A program made the translations under genes and the position numbers. From Candidatus Dojkabacteria bacterium (GTDB taxonomy: Bacteria; Patescibacteriota; Dojkabacteria; B142; JAFGFJ01), in assembly GCA_016931155.1 (NCBI GenBank), contig JAFGFJ010000006.1:141115-205114 (forward strand): a DNA stretch of 64,000 nucleotides. The letters run 5' to 3'. This document shows positions 19,333-28,635 of the stretch, in pieces. Position 1 is the first letter of the stretch. Each line of letters opens with the position of its first letter. Under the pieces are notes generated by a model. It searched no databases, was not told the DNA's origin, and saw only the letters and a program-made list of their open reading frames with translations.

Positions 19333-20580
19333 ATGCTAAAGATTATCTATTTGCATTTGCATAAAACCAATACCCTTTTTCTGAACATCTTATTAGTGTT
19401 TGGGGTAATTTTTTGTTTTACACCAAAGGTGAATGCAGAAGTTTCCGTTGTTTCAAGGGCTGAGAGTAAAATTGATGAAAACCTGACAAAGGAAGATGCA
19501 AACTTTGCCTCTCCGAAAAGTATTCTGCTCGTTCCTTTATTCAGACCGGAAGGAGTAAATGAAAATGATAGTAAGTGGTTTAGATCTCTGTACTATTTTT
19601 ACACTGCGAGGCTTGGTTTTCCTGATATCCCATTTCACTTTGTGGTTGGAGGAAATGGTGATATTTATGAGGGGAATAAGGGTGGAGAGGAGCAAAGTAT
19701 TCTTATTAATGGAGAGGAGCCTGGCTCAATCGTTATCGCTTATCTCGTAAAAGAAGGTGAAAATGGATTTTCTATTAGAGCATATGATTCCATCCGGGAA
19801 ATTTTGCTTGACGTTGCAAATAGAAACGCTATTAAACCAGAAAAGATTAAAATTACTGGAGCAGAAGTTGTTGTTAACCTCAAAAACAAAACAGTTTTTA
19901 TTAGATCGAAAGCTCTTGTTGGGGGAGGATGGAGTAATGGAATGAAAGAGGCTCTTGATTTTGTCGATAAAAACTATAAACCTGTTCCAAAGCTATATTC
20001 CATCAAAATTGTCGAGGCAAAACCTCCTGATGCACCGGTAAATTACCGTGAAACAGGACTTATGACTTTAAAAATAAAAAATACGGGAAAGAATAGTATT
20101 TATCAAGGTGGAGATAGCGAAATAATTGGTCTAAAAAAAGACGGAGAGGATAGTAGATTTTTTGTAAATGGTGTCTGGGCAAGTCCTTCTCAACCGACAA
20201 TAATGAGTGAGGGCAACGTTATCCGCCCTGGTGAAGAAAAAACGTTTATATTTAAGTTGCATGTTCCATTGTATTTTGGAGAGCAACGAGAGTCGTTCAG
20301 CCTGGTAAATAGAAATGGACAAAATTTTGATGGAACGGATTTTGATATTGTTTTGAATGTAAATACCCCAACTGAAAAAGTTGTTGAAATACTTTCCACT
20401 GATACTGGATATCTCAATGTGCGTGAAATAGCCAGTGGAGCAGCAAATGTTATTACAAAGGTTAATCCCGGGCAAAGGTATTTCTTCTTGGAGGATAGCA
20501 ATACCGGGTGGTACAAAATAGATATAGAGGGAGGAAAGAGCGGTTGGGTAGCAAAACAGCATGTTAAGTTTGTGAATTAA
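19333..20580 (+). CDS. secreted protein with C-terminal SH3b domain, N-terminal region weakly Amidase_2-like
   Basis: Signal peptide (LNILLVFGVIFCFTPKVNA). The C-terminal GYLNVREIASGAANVITKVNPGQRYFFLEDSNTGWYKIDIEGGKSGWV is a bacterial SH3 pattern. HFVVGGNGDIYEGN resembles an Amidase_2 motif but the His ligands are not evident. Confidence 0.5.
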   Translation: MLKIIYLHLHKTNTLFLNILLVFGVIFCFTPKVNAEVSVVSRAESKIDENLTKEDANFASPKSILLVPLFRPEGVNENDSKWFRSLYYFYTARLGFPDIPFHFVVGGNGDIYEGNKGGEEQSILINGEEPGSIVIAYLVKEGENGFSIRAYDSIREILLDVANRNAIKPEKIKITGAEVVVNLKNKTVFIRSKALVGGGWSNGMKEALDFVDKNYKPVPKLYSIKIVEAKPPDAPVNYRETGLMTLKIKNTGKNSIYQGGDSEIIGLKKDGEDSRFFVNGVWASPSQPTIMSEGNVIRPGEEKTFIFKLHVPLYFGEQRESFSLVNRNGQNFDGTDFDIVLNVNTPTEKVVEILSTDTGYLNVREIASGAANVITKVNPGQRYFFLEDSNTGWYKIDIEGGKSGWVAKQHVKFVN

Positions 20581-20676
20581 TTACAGTTTGAAGTGTGAGG
20601 GTAAGGAGTGCAATATTTTTAATATTTTTTTAATAACTTTGATTTAGAATTTTATATTATTTTTTATTTAGTCCCT

Positions 20677-21708
20677 ATGGTAAAAACTGACGAAAAGAAG
20701 AATACAAAAGAAAGTAGCATTTCTGAAGGTAAAAAAAAGGCGATTGATATAGCAGTGAGTCAAATTGAGAAGCAGTTTGGACAGGGGTCGATTATGAAGA
20801 TGGGAGCCGGGGTGCAAAAAGACATTGACGTCATTCCGACAGGAGCGCTTTCCCTGGATATTGCTTTAGGAGTAGGGGGAGTACCAAAAGGCAGGATTAT
20901 TGAGATTTATGGTCCGGAGTCTTCGGGCAAAACAACGTTGGCACATCATATTGTCGCTGAGGTACAGGCAAAAGGAGGTGTTGCTGCTTTTATAGACGCT
21001 GAACATGCTCTTGATCCGGCTTATGCGAAAAATATCGGAGTTGATCTTGAAAATCTCTATATATCGCAGCCTGATTATGGAGAACAGGCGTTAGAAATAC
21101 TTGAGACCTTAGTGAGGTCAGGAGCGGTGGATGTAGTTGTTGTTGATTCTGTCGCCGCACTTACTCCAAGGGCTGAAATTGAAGGTGATATGGGAGATTC
21201 ACATATGGGACTCCAGGCACGTCTTATGAGCCAGGCACTCAGGAAAATCACAGCAATTACAAGTAAGACAGGTTCAACCGTTGTTTTTCTTAATCAGATA
21301 AGAATGAAAATAGGAATAATGTTTGGAAATCCTGAAACAACAACTGGGGGTAATGCATTGAAGTTCTATTCTTCTGTAAGAATGGAAATAAGAAGAAAAG
21401 AAAAGCTAACGGAGGGAGATGAAGTAATTGGCAATACAGTTAATGTGAAAGTTGTTAAGAACAAAGTTGCTCCTCCTTTTCGGGAAGCAAGCTTTGACAT
21501 AATTTTTTCGAAAGGAATAGATAAATACAGTAGTCTTCTAGATGCTGCCGTGCAATTTGAGATTATTGAAAGATCGGGGGCATGGTTTAAGTATGGAGAA
21601 AAACAGCTTGCACAGGGAAAAGATGCCACAAAAGAAGCACTTAGAGCAGATAAGAAGTTAGCAAAGGAGATTTTTGATAAGGTCAGGGAGGCAGCAGGGA
21701 TAAAGTAA
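20677..21708 (+). CDS. recA: recombinase RecA
   Basis: 343 aa. Walker [12 protein letters not shown], the [13 protein letters not shown]-terminus and the L2 loop are unmistakable. Confidence 0.95.
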   Translation: MVKTDEKKNTKESSISEGKKKAIDIAVSQIEKQFGQGSIMKMGAGVQKDIDVIPTGALSLDIALGVGGVPKGRIIEIYGPESSGKTTLAHHIVAEVQAKGGVAAFIDAEHALDPAYAKNIGVDLENLYISQPDYGEQALEILETLVRSGAVDVVVVDSVAALTPRAEIEGDMGDSHMGLQARLMSQALRKITAITSKTGSTVVFLNQIRMKIGIMFGNPETTTGGNALKFYSSVRMEIRRKEKLTEGDEVIGNTVNVKVVKNKVAPPFREASFDIIFSKGIDKYSSLLDAAVQFEIIERSGAWFKYGEKQLAQGKDATKEALRADKKLAKEIFDKVREAAGIK

Positions 21709-21788
21709 AAGGACAAATAGTTGAAAAACTTTGTACTTTCTGGTACAAATTAGCACTGCCGTTCTTTCTACTTTATCAGTCTTTAGCC

Positions 21789-22385
21789 ATGTTTAATGAA
21801 AAGGATATTGTTAAGCACTTGCTGGTCTCGAAAGTAAGGATAAAGGCTCTAAAATATTTTCTATTTCACCCTGATGTTCCTATTCATTTAAGAGGAGCTG
21901 TGAGGGAACTGGGTGAGGAGATCAATGCAGTTAGAAGAGAACTGACAAGGCTCGAAAAAATAAAATTTCTCGATACTGAAAGGCGGGGCAACAGAAAGTA
22001 TTTTTTTACGAACAAGAAGTTCAGTTTTTTTTCCGAATTTTTATCAATTTTTCACAAAACCTATGGGCTTGGTGGTGAAATAATCAGAAATACGGGAAAG
22101 CTTGGTGATGTGCAATTTGCTCTCCTTACAAGTTCGTTCACAAAGGGAATGAGGGTGGGGTCACATGATATTGATCTCGTTCTTGTCGGTCAGGTGAATG
22201 TTGATGCTCTGTCTTCGATCGTTGAGAGGATGGAAAAGCAATTAAGAAAAGAAATAAATTATACTGTTCTAAAAAATAGTGAGTTTCAGTTAAGGAAGAA
22301 AAGAAGAGATGCCTTTATTGTGGATTTGATTGTTGGAAGTAAGATAATGCTTATTGGAGATGATGAGGAATTTATTGCAGCATAG
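21789..22385 (+). CDS. winged-helix (ArsR-like) plus minimal nucleotidyltransferase domain protein
   Basis: 198 aa. The N-terminal wHTH-like region (KALKYFLFHPDVPIHLRGAVRELGEEINAVRRELTRLE) is followed by the NTase motif GSHDIDLVLVG. Confidence 0.55.
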   Translation: MFNEKDIVKHLLVSKVRIKALKYFLFHPDVPIHLRGAVRELGEEINAVRRELTRLEKIKFLDTERRGNRKYFFTNKKFSFFSEFLSIFHKTYGLGGEIIRNTGKLGDVQFALLTSSFTKGMRVGSHDIDLVLVGQVNVDALSSIVERMEKQLRKEINYTVLKNSEFQLRKKRRDAFIVDLIVGSKIMLIGDDEEFIAA

Positions 22386-22387
22386 AT

Positions 22388-22750
22388 ATGGAAACAGGTT
22401 TTGATCCCAATACTAAACAAGCAAGGGTTTGTACTCAGAGAAGATTTTACAGTGATGGGAAAAATATTCATGGAGAATCAGGGTGTGGAAGATGTGGAGC
22501 TTGTTGTGTGGCTCTAGGTGTCCCCTCAATAGGGAAAAAAGCAGGAGACAAATGTGTGCATATGACTATTGAAGAAGGTCTTGCCAGTTGTGCTCTTCAT
22601 GAAGCGGACAAACCTCCTGAATGTAAAGAGTGGGGTTGTTATGGGGAAGGCCTGCCAAACGCCCTCCAGAGAGATGATTTCCTGGATATTGCTATTAAGA
22701 TTGGAACAAGGACGGAGGAGGATATTCAAGGATTGATTTCTTCTTTTTAA
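22388..22750 (+). CDS. YkgJ/UPF0153-like cysteine-cluster protein
   Basis: 120 aa. CGRCGACC is a CxxCxxCC motif, with further Cys residues (CVH, CAL, CKEWGC). The start lies 2 nt after the upstream stop. Confidence 0.5.
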   Translation: METGFDPNTKQARVCTQRRFYSDGKNIHGESGCGRCGACCVALGVPSIGKKAGDKCVHMTIEEGLASCALHEADKPPECKEWGCYGEGLPNALQRDDFLDIAIKIGTRTEEDIQGLISSF

Positions 22751-22868
22751 GAGTATTTACTTGACTGGATTTTGTAGTTTAGTTCTTCTTTCTCCAGGCT
22801 GGGAATTATGTTTATTCTATAGATATCCCTCTTGCTCCACAATTCCTATATAATATTTTCTATATTGA

Positions 22869-23696
22869 TTGATAATGAAGAATCAGTTATTTCCTCTTCA
22901 CCAAAAAGGAAAAAGGTTTAAGGTGTGGATAGAGCAGGCGAAGTTTGATCTTCAGGCCGCGAGGATTAGTTATGAGAATGGTTTTTATGAGTGGACAACT
23001 TTCCAGTCAGTTCAGGCGGTAGAAAAAGCACTGAAGTCGGTGATTGTTTATTCCGGATGGAGACCACCCAAACTCCACAGACTCTCTGTACTTATTGGTT
23101 TGGCAAACCAGGTTAACCCGGAATTTGAAAGGATAAAATTTTTATTTAATGATCTGGAATCGTTTACCTTTATTTCCCGATATCCGTTTGCTCTTCCGGG
23201 GAACTATGCTACTCCTCACGATAGTATTTCAAAAGGCGATGCCGACAAAGCCTACAACCAGGCTGTTGATATAGTTGGGAAGATAGGATCACTTCTTGAG
23301 GTGAGTGTAGTTCCTGAACATTCATTTGAAATTGTTGAGCAATCTCTAACTCTGGAAGAGATTGATGAAAGGATCAGACAGATTGTTGGAGTGATCAAAA
23401 GGGAATTTGATCCTGATAAGATTGTTTTGTTTGGCTCATTTGCTGAAAAGAATAAGAAGAATTCAAGACCATTCAATACTATGGATATTATGGTGATTGC
23501 GAAAACGGACTTGCCTTTTTTTGAGAGAATAAAAAAGGTTAGAGAAGTGACAAAGGGAGGAATACCGACCATTGAGCCTCTGGTTTATACACCTGAGGAA
23601 TTTCAATCATTGAAAGATGAAGAAGGAGAAGGTCTTTTGGAAGAAGCTATTGAGAAGGGAAGGGTTCTATACGAAAGACACAACAATGAATTCTAA
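22869..23696 (+). CDS. HEPN domain (N-terminal) fused to minimal nucleotidyltransferase (C-terminal)
   Basis: 275 aa. HEPN pattern: AKFDLQAA...QAVEKALKSVI...RPPKLHRL (Rx4H)...ISRYP. Then IVLFGSFAEKN...TMDIMVIAKTD, an NTP_transf_2 GS...D motif with the second Asp replaced by Met. Confidence 0.7.
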   Translation: MIMKNQLFPLHQKGKRFKVWIEQAKFDLQAARISYENGFYEWTTFQSVQAVEKALKSVIVYSGWRPPKLHRLSVLIGLANQVNPEFERIKFLFNDLESFTFISRYPFALPGNYATPHDSISKGDADKAYNQAVDIVGKIGSLLEVSVVPEHSFEIVEQSLTLEEIDERIRQIVGVIKREFDPDKIVLFGSFAEKNKKNSRPFNTMDIMVIAKTDLPFFERIKKVREVTKGGIPTIEPLVYTPEEFQSLKDEEGEGLLEEAIEKGRVLYERHNNEF

Positions 23697-24051
23697 TCCT
23701 AGAGCCAAAAAGATATTGTGCTAAGGAGATTCCAATACTTGGGGCTATATCCTTGGGACGACCAAACGTTATGACGTTAAAACAAGATGGACAGGAATAT
23801 TAATTATTTGTCCTACTATTGCTGATGAGAGAGTAGAAGGTATAAAAGAAAAATACCGAGGAGCAGAAGAAAAATCCAGGAAACTAGGTCATCTGTACAA
23901 AGAAATAGCTGATAAACATGGTCTTCCTTTTATCGATCTGGGTAGGCATGTTCTCCCAAGTAAAAAAGATGGTTATCATTTTGACAAAGATACGCATAAG
24001 AAAGTAGCAGAAATATTATTTGGAGTCATTCGGGATTTTTACTCTAAATAA
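23686..24051 (+). pseudogene. SGNH/GDSL hydrolase pseudogene with in-frame TAA and apparent internal truncation
   Basis: ATG at 23686 gives MNSNPRAKKILC, then TAA at 23722, then the same frame continues GDSNTWGYILG...DGYHFDKDTHKKVAEILF to TAA at 24049-24051. ILC[F/Y]GDSNTWG and DGxH are SGNH blocks I and V. The total of ~120 aa is too short for the fold. Confidence 0.6.
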
Positions 24052-24116
24052 AGGCATTGTCCTGAAGCGAAACTTCAAGTTGAAAACTTGGTTAAGCGAA
24101 AGGACAATGCCTTTTA
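24051..24116. terminator. bidirectional terminator hairpin between convergent SGNH pseudogene and rny
   Basis: A 13-bp perfect inverted repeat, AAGGCATTGTCCT (24051-24063) and AGGACAATGCCTT (24101-24113). The 37-nt loop has its own inner stem CAAGTT gaaa AACTTG. TTTT follows on the plus strand. Confidence 0.5.
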
Positions 24117-24118
24117 TC

Positions 24119-25660
24119 TTATTTGGCTTCCTCCTCTATCCTGAATTCTCTTATTGCTGTGATTTTTACAATTCCAGGATAATTTTGAGTTTCTTCAATT
24201 TCTTTTGCTATTTTATGTGCCAGAATCTTTGCTTCTTCGTCATCTGCTACTTTTGGATCAATTAAAACTCTAACTTCACGACCGGCATGTATTGCATATG
24301 CTTCCTTAACTTCTTTGTATTGTTTTGCAATATCTTCCAGTGCCTTAATTCTCTTTATGTAATCTTCGTAATTATCAACTCTTGCACCCGGTCTTGCCCC
24401 TGAGATTGCATCAGCTATTGCAACCAGATGTGCTTCGGTACTTTTTGCCTCGATGTCCCCATGGTGAGCCTCTGCTGCGTTTGCCAGTTTCTCATCTTTA
24501 AAATATTTTCTAATAATGTTACCTGAAATATGGTGATGGGGTTTTCCTTCAATTTCGTGAGTTAAAACTTTTCCTATGTCGTGGAGTAAACAGGCTTTTT
24601 TTGTAAGTTGAACGTCGGCTCCGATCTCTGCAGCAAGTTGTGCTCCTATGTTGACCATTTCAATAGTATGTTTTATAAGGTTTTGCCCGTAGCTGAACCT
24701 GTACTTGAATCTTCCAAGAAGCTTTACAACTTCGAGAGGAAGATCGTTGAATCCGGTTTCATAGGCGATGTATTCTCCGGTTTTTCTAATTTCTTTGACG
24801 ACTTCTTCCTTTGCCTTTTTAATACTTTCCTCGATGGTTCCCGGGTGAATCCTTCCATCTTTTAAGAGTCCTTTTAAAGCTATCGCTGCAACCTCTCTTC
24901 TGATAGGGTCGAATGAGGAAACAGATATTTGGCCAGGAGCTTCATCAACGATAATATCTACCCCTGTCAGCCTTTCAAATGTTCTAATATTCCTTCCTTC
25001 TTTCCCGATAATTTTTCCTTTCTGATCCTCGTTTACTTCAACAGATGTGGTAGTTGTTTCTGCCACATAGTCCGTGGCACTTTTCTGCATTGAATCCACC
25101 AAAATTTCCTTTGCCCTTTCTTCAGCTTCGCTTTCTATTTTATATTCAGCTTCTTTAATTTTCTTTGCAATGTACTCTTTCATATCTTCTTCCAGCTTTT
25201 TTTCCAGCTGTTCTTTTGCTTTTGCCTTGGTAAGCCCTGCTATCTGCTGGAGTTCAGTTTCCGTTTTGTCTCTTAATTTCTTAACATCAATTTTTGCCTG
25301 TTCAATTGCCTTTTCTTTTCTTCCAATTTCGTCAAATCTGTGGTCTATTGAATTTGCTCTTTCTATTATCTTTTTCTCCCTTATGTCCAGTCTTTTTTCA
25401 TTTTCCTCTAAATCCCTGTAAAGACTTTTCACTTTTTCATCTGTTTTTGACTTTACGTCAAGGGCTTCTCTCTGTGCTTCAAGAATAATCTCTTTAGCTC
25501 TTACACTTGCTTTTTCGAGAGCCTCATCTTCAGGAATAATTTTGTTCTCTCTATCTTTAAGTTTTCCAGCAAGATCCTTTCTTAGAAGAAACCCAACGAC
25601 TGAACCTCCAATTCCTACAGTAGAAATGATCGACAAGACAACGATAATTAACGTCTCCAT
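24119..25660 (-). CDS. rny: ribonuclease Y
   Basis: 513 aa. N-terminal TM, coiled coil, KH domain (GKIIGKEGRNIRTFERLTGV) and HD domain (LLHDIGKVLTHEIEG...HH). Confidence 0.9.
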   Translation of the reverse strand: METLIIVVLSIISTVGIGGSVVGFLLRKDLAGKLKDRENKIIPEDEALEKASVRAKEIILEAQREALDVKSKTDEKVKSLYRDLEENEKRLDIREKKIIERANSIDHRFDEIGRKEKAIEQAKIDVKKLRDKTETELQQIAGLTKAKAKEQLEKKLEEDMKEYIAKKIKEAEYKIESEAEERAKEILVDSMQKSATDYVAETTTTSVEVNEDQKGKIIGKEGRNIRTFERLTGVDIIVDEAPGQISVSSFDPIRREVAAIALKGLLKDGRIHPGTIEESIKKAKEEVVKEIRKTGEYIAYETGFNDLPLEVVKLLGRFKYRFSYGQNLIKHTIEMVNIGAQLAAEIGADVQLTKKACLLHDIGKVLTHEIEGKPHHHISGNIIRKYFKDEKLANAAEAHHGDIEAKSTEAHLVAIADAISGARPGARVDNYEDYIKRIKALEDIAKQYKEVKEAYAIHAGREVRVLIDPKVADDEEAKILAHKIAKEIEETQNYPGIVKITAIREFRIEEEAK

Positions 25661-25994
25661 AATCGTAAATTAAATTTAAGATATATCAGCATAGCTGAAG
25701 CAAGGGATGAACCTGGTGAAGAACAAAGGGTATGAAACCCGAATCTCAAGTCTGTTGAAGTATTCAGTCAGTGCTAAATTCCTCTTTTATCAACAGTGTT
25801 CCTGAACGATAAGTGTGCAATTGCCTATGTATCAAGGTTTTCAAAATTATGAGATTGTGATTTTTGCCTTTGGACTTCAAAAATAAATACATCAAAAGTA
25901 AAATTCATTTCTTGCACCTAATAATAAATTCTCATCCTCTTATAGTCAAGGATTTATCTGGAATTTATCTAGAAATACAGTCTTTCTCCGATAT

Positions 25995-27371
25995 TTATTC
26001 AAAAATATCGCTAAAAAATTTAAAAACTCTGTCTGTAAATGAAGGTTTATAGCTCAAATAAGGGTCTATTTTACCAGAAAGACTTGATTGATCGTCATTT
26101 CGCAAACTTTTCGGTTTCTTTGCTTCAGCTTGTCGCATTTTATTGTTAATGTCCGAAAGAGCTTGATTCTTCTGGGCAAGAAGAGTATTGAGAGATTTAA
26201 TAATCCCTTCCTGATCTTTCGCTTTAGTATCAATCTCCATAAATTTTGAACTGAGTTCTTCATATTTCTTCTTTGTCTCTATTACCTCTTTTCGAGCTTT
26301 TACCAGATCCATATGTTCCTGAGAATCTACCATTCTCTTGATGAGTTGATCCTCTGTTATTCCAATATTAAGGAAATAATTCAGGTCATTTTGATTTGGC
26401 TCTCTTCCGAGTACCTTCATGTAAGTTTCTTCGATTGTTTTTTTCCTACTATCACGTGACTGTGTAATATTTGATCCTCCATATGTACTTTCCCCGTTGC
26501 CTCCAGTTTCATTGAATAAGCCAGCCCCTCCGACAGGGCGGTCAAATCCTCTTGATAGTCCGCCGATGGATCCACCTGTCAGTGGAGAAGGGTAAGTTAC
26601 TGGCGGAATACTACTTGGCTGGAAAGAGGGCCTAGGAGGGAGGTTTGGTTGTTGTGTCTGTGCAGGTGGAGGACTGGTTCTCTGGTTAAGTAGAATATGC
26701 TCATTTGCAGCCTGTGATACCTTGTCTTTTTTGTTATCTGTCTGGTTATCTGGAGTAACTTTTGAAGTTTGATTGATTTTTTGTGCCGGGATTTCCCCGG
26801 TATTTTTCATTTCTCTAAACTCAATATTTAAGTATTTTAATATGCCTTTCGCAATACCCTTTCCCAGGAGATCAATTTTCTTATCGTCCTTCAAAAATAC
26901 CCTGTCTTCTTCGTTATCAATATAAAGACATTCCAGTAAAACGCTTACTGGATTACAGTTGTGTACAAAGGCAAGTGTGCCCAGTTCATGATGATATTCA
27001 CTACTTACTCCCTGATTTTGAAGTCCAGTTAACCTGGATGATTCTTCAAGTATTTTTTTTGCTAGATCTTCAGATTTGTTTCCCCCTTCCTCCTTGAACC
27101 AACCTTCTATACCACTTTTCCCACCATCATTTATATGTATTTCTATTGCTATGTCATTGAGCGTCTCTCTGTACCCGGTTGAATTGATCCATTCAATTCT
27201 TCTTGCAAGGTCAAGTTCAGGTGGAACCGATAGAGTAATAAGGCCGTGAGATCTCAGATACGGGATAATAGCATTAGCAATTTTTCTTGTTAGTTCATAC
27301 TCCTTTAGATTGCCAGAAACTGCTCCGGGATCAACAGAAGTATGTCCTGCTGAAATAATAACTCTTGCCAT
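25995..27371 (-). CDS. N-acetylmuramoyl-L-alanine amidase (Amidase_3) with Pro/Gln-rich linker and coiled-coil C-terminal extension
   Basis: The N-terminal MARVIISAGHTSVDPGAVS...ELTRKIA...IEIHINDGG matches Amidase_3. Then a PPPAQTQQPNLPPRPSFQPSSIPP linker and about 150 aa of charged/coiled-coil sequence. Confidence 0.7.
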   Translation of the reverse strand: MARVIISAGHTSVDPGAVSGNLKEYELTRKIANAIIPYLRSHGLITLSVPPELDLARRIEWINSTGYRETLNDIAIEIHINDGGKSGIEGWFKEEGGNKSEDLAKKILEESSRLTGLQNQGVSSEYHHELGTLAFVHNCNPVSVLLECLYIDNEEDRVFLKDDKKIDLLGKGIAKGILKYLNIEFREMKNTGEIPAQKINQTSKVTPDNQTDNKKDKVSQAANEHILLNQRTSPPPAQTQQPNLPPRPSFQPSSIPPVTYPSPLTGGSIGGLSRGFDRPVGGAGLFNETGGNGESTYGGSNITQSRDSRKKTIEETYMKVLGREPNQNDLNYFLNIGITEDQLIKRMVDSQEHMDLVKARKEVIETKKKYEELSSKFMEIDTKAKDQEGIIKSLNTLLAQKNQALSDINNKMRQAEAKKPKSLRNDDQSSLSGKIDPYLSYKPSFTDRVFKFFSDIFE

Positions 27372-27633
27372 AATTTGTTTAAAATACTACAGGGTATTTT
27401 ATCACAAATAATGAGCTTTTTGCTAGTTGTTGTTGCTTTTGACTTTGTCCAACCCATAACAATAAAATTGTAGTATAATAAGGCAACCGCATAAGATAGT
27501 ATCTAGTTGTGAGTAGGGGAGAAATCCCAAAAAACTATCAAAATTTAAATCCTCCCTGATCTTTACAAAATTTTTGTTAACAAAGAACCATATGAACAAC
27601 AATATCGACAATCTACAATCGGGAGAAGTAGTA

Positions 27634-28548
27634 ATGGGGAGGAGAAGTGCTTTAAAGGTTATTGCAATGGCTGTTGTCGCTGGTATCAGTTCAGCCTGTA
27701 GCAGGTTAAAAACAACTTTACCAACTCCCACAGACAGTGTTTCTACTCAAGTAGGAACTGTAGAACCAGCTACTCAGGTTCTTACAGCTACAGTCACACC
27801 GACTGAGGCGCCAACGGCTACTCCGACTGAGGTGGTTCCTACCCCCGAGCCCCTGGCAATTCCAGAGGTGGAAGATAGTTTGGTGTTTAGTTATAGGACT
27901 ATAACACAAATAGTTAAAAATGAACCTGGGTCTTTTGGTCCTGAAACCATCATTATTGATCAAGATAGTCGCCTGCCCATTCCTATTGGTAAAATTGACC
28001 CCGAGACAGCTAACCCCAGAGTCCTTGAAGCTTTGTCAAAATGGGAAGAGCTTTATGGTATTTGCGGGGTTGTTTTAAGTGTCGATAAAGATGACTCTGT
28101 ACCAAATATCTGGTACATCACCCTGAGGACAAAGACCCCCAATCGCACCCCCTTCATAGTTAATGCTCGATTTGATAATAAAGTTTCATTTGATCCACGT
28201 AACCAAGATTTTGATCCGGTGGGAGACCAAGATGAAGACAGCATTACATTACACGGCATTAATTCAGTGTTTTCACCAGATAAAATAGTTACTCCTACGG
28301 GGGCAGTCATTGGGCCGGGAACAATAATAGCTTTTCCTATTGAAAATCCCACTGCCGCGAGCAATGACCCCATTGGAATTGCTTTTCAGATTAATGCTAT
28401 GGCAAATGGGGTTGAGGATGGTACACCAAGTAAAATTTTTGACCAAATTGACAATGGAATCATTGATCCGGAAAATGCTTTTTTGCACACTCTGGCTCAT
28501 GAAATAATTATTTATATTCAAAAAGACAGACTTCTCAATCGTAGTTAA
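27634..28548 (+). CDS. Tat-signal lipoprotein with Thr/Pro-rich linker, unknown C-terminal domain
   Basis: MGRRSALKVIAMAVVAGISSAC has a twin-arginine motif plus lipobox Cys. The track ORF opens at 27574; ATG at 27634 follows GGGAGAAG. A TATVTPTEAPTATPTEVVPTPEP linker follows. Confidence 0.5.
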   Translation: MGRRSALKVIAMAVVAGISSACSRLKTTLPTPTDSVSTQVGTVEPATQVLTATVTPTEAPTATPTEVVPTPEPLAIPEVEDSLVFSYRTITQIVKNEPGSFGPETIIIDQDSRLPIPIGKIDPETANPRVLEALSKWEELYGICGVVLSVDKDDSVPNIWYITLRTKTPNRTPFIVNARFDNKVSFDPRNQDFDPVGDQDEDSITLHGINSVFSPDKIVTPTGAVIGPGTIIAFPIENPTAASNDPIGIAFQINAMANGVEDGTPSKIFDQIDNGIIDPENAFLHTLAHEIIIYIQKDRLLNRS

Positions 28549-28635
28549 TTCATCATATACTATATTTATGAAGCCCAAAGTTATGTTGGCTGATGGTTTA
28601 TTGATTTTGACTCTTTTTGCTAGTTATTGGAGCTT

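Noticed and set aside
20581-20676. LexA/Cheo-type SOS box upstream of recA
   Set aside because: No CGAAC-N4-GTTCG or CTGT-N8-ACAG palindrome is present. Only an AT-rich promoter-like sequence (TTGATT at 20639) was seen.
22388-22750. Ferredoxin or rubredoxin call for the Cys-rich 120-aa protein
   Set aside because: The Cys spacing (CxxCxxCC plus scattered Cys) fits the YkgJ/UPF0153 cluster rather than a CxxCxxCxxxCP ferredoxin or a CxxC...CxxC rubredoxin.
23722-23724. Possibility that TAA is recoded (alternative genetic code) rather than a true stop
   Set aside because: Many well-conserved genes in the window terminate with TAA (for example pnp, recA, the GT2 at 41324), and TGA/TAG also act as stops. 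Standard code 11 is used.
28450-28548. HExxH zinc-metalloprotease motif in the lipoprotein C-terminus (HTLAHEIIIY)
   Set aside because: The spacing is HxxxHE, not HExxH, and there is no second His or Glu ligand downstream.
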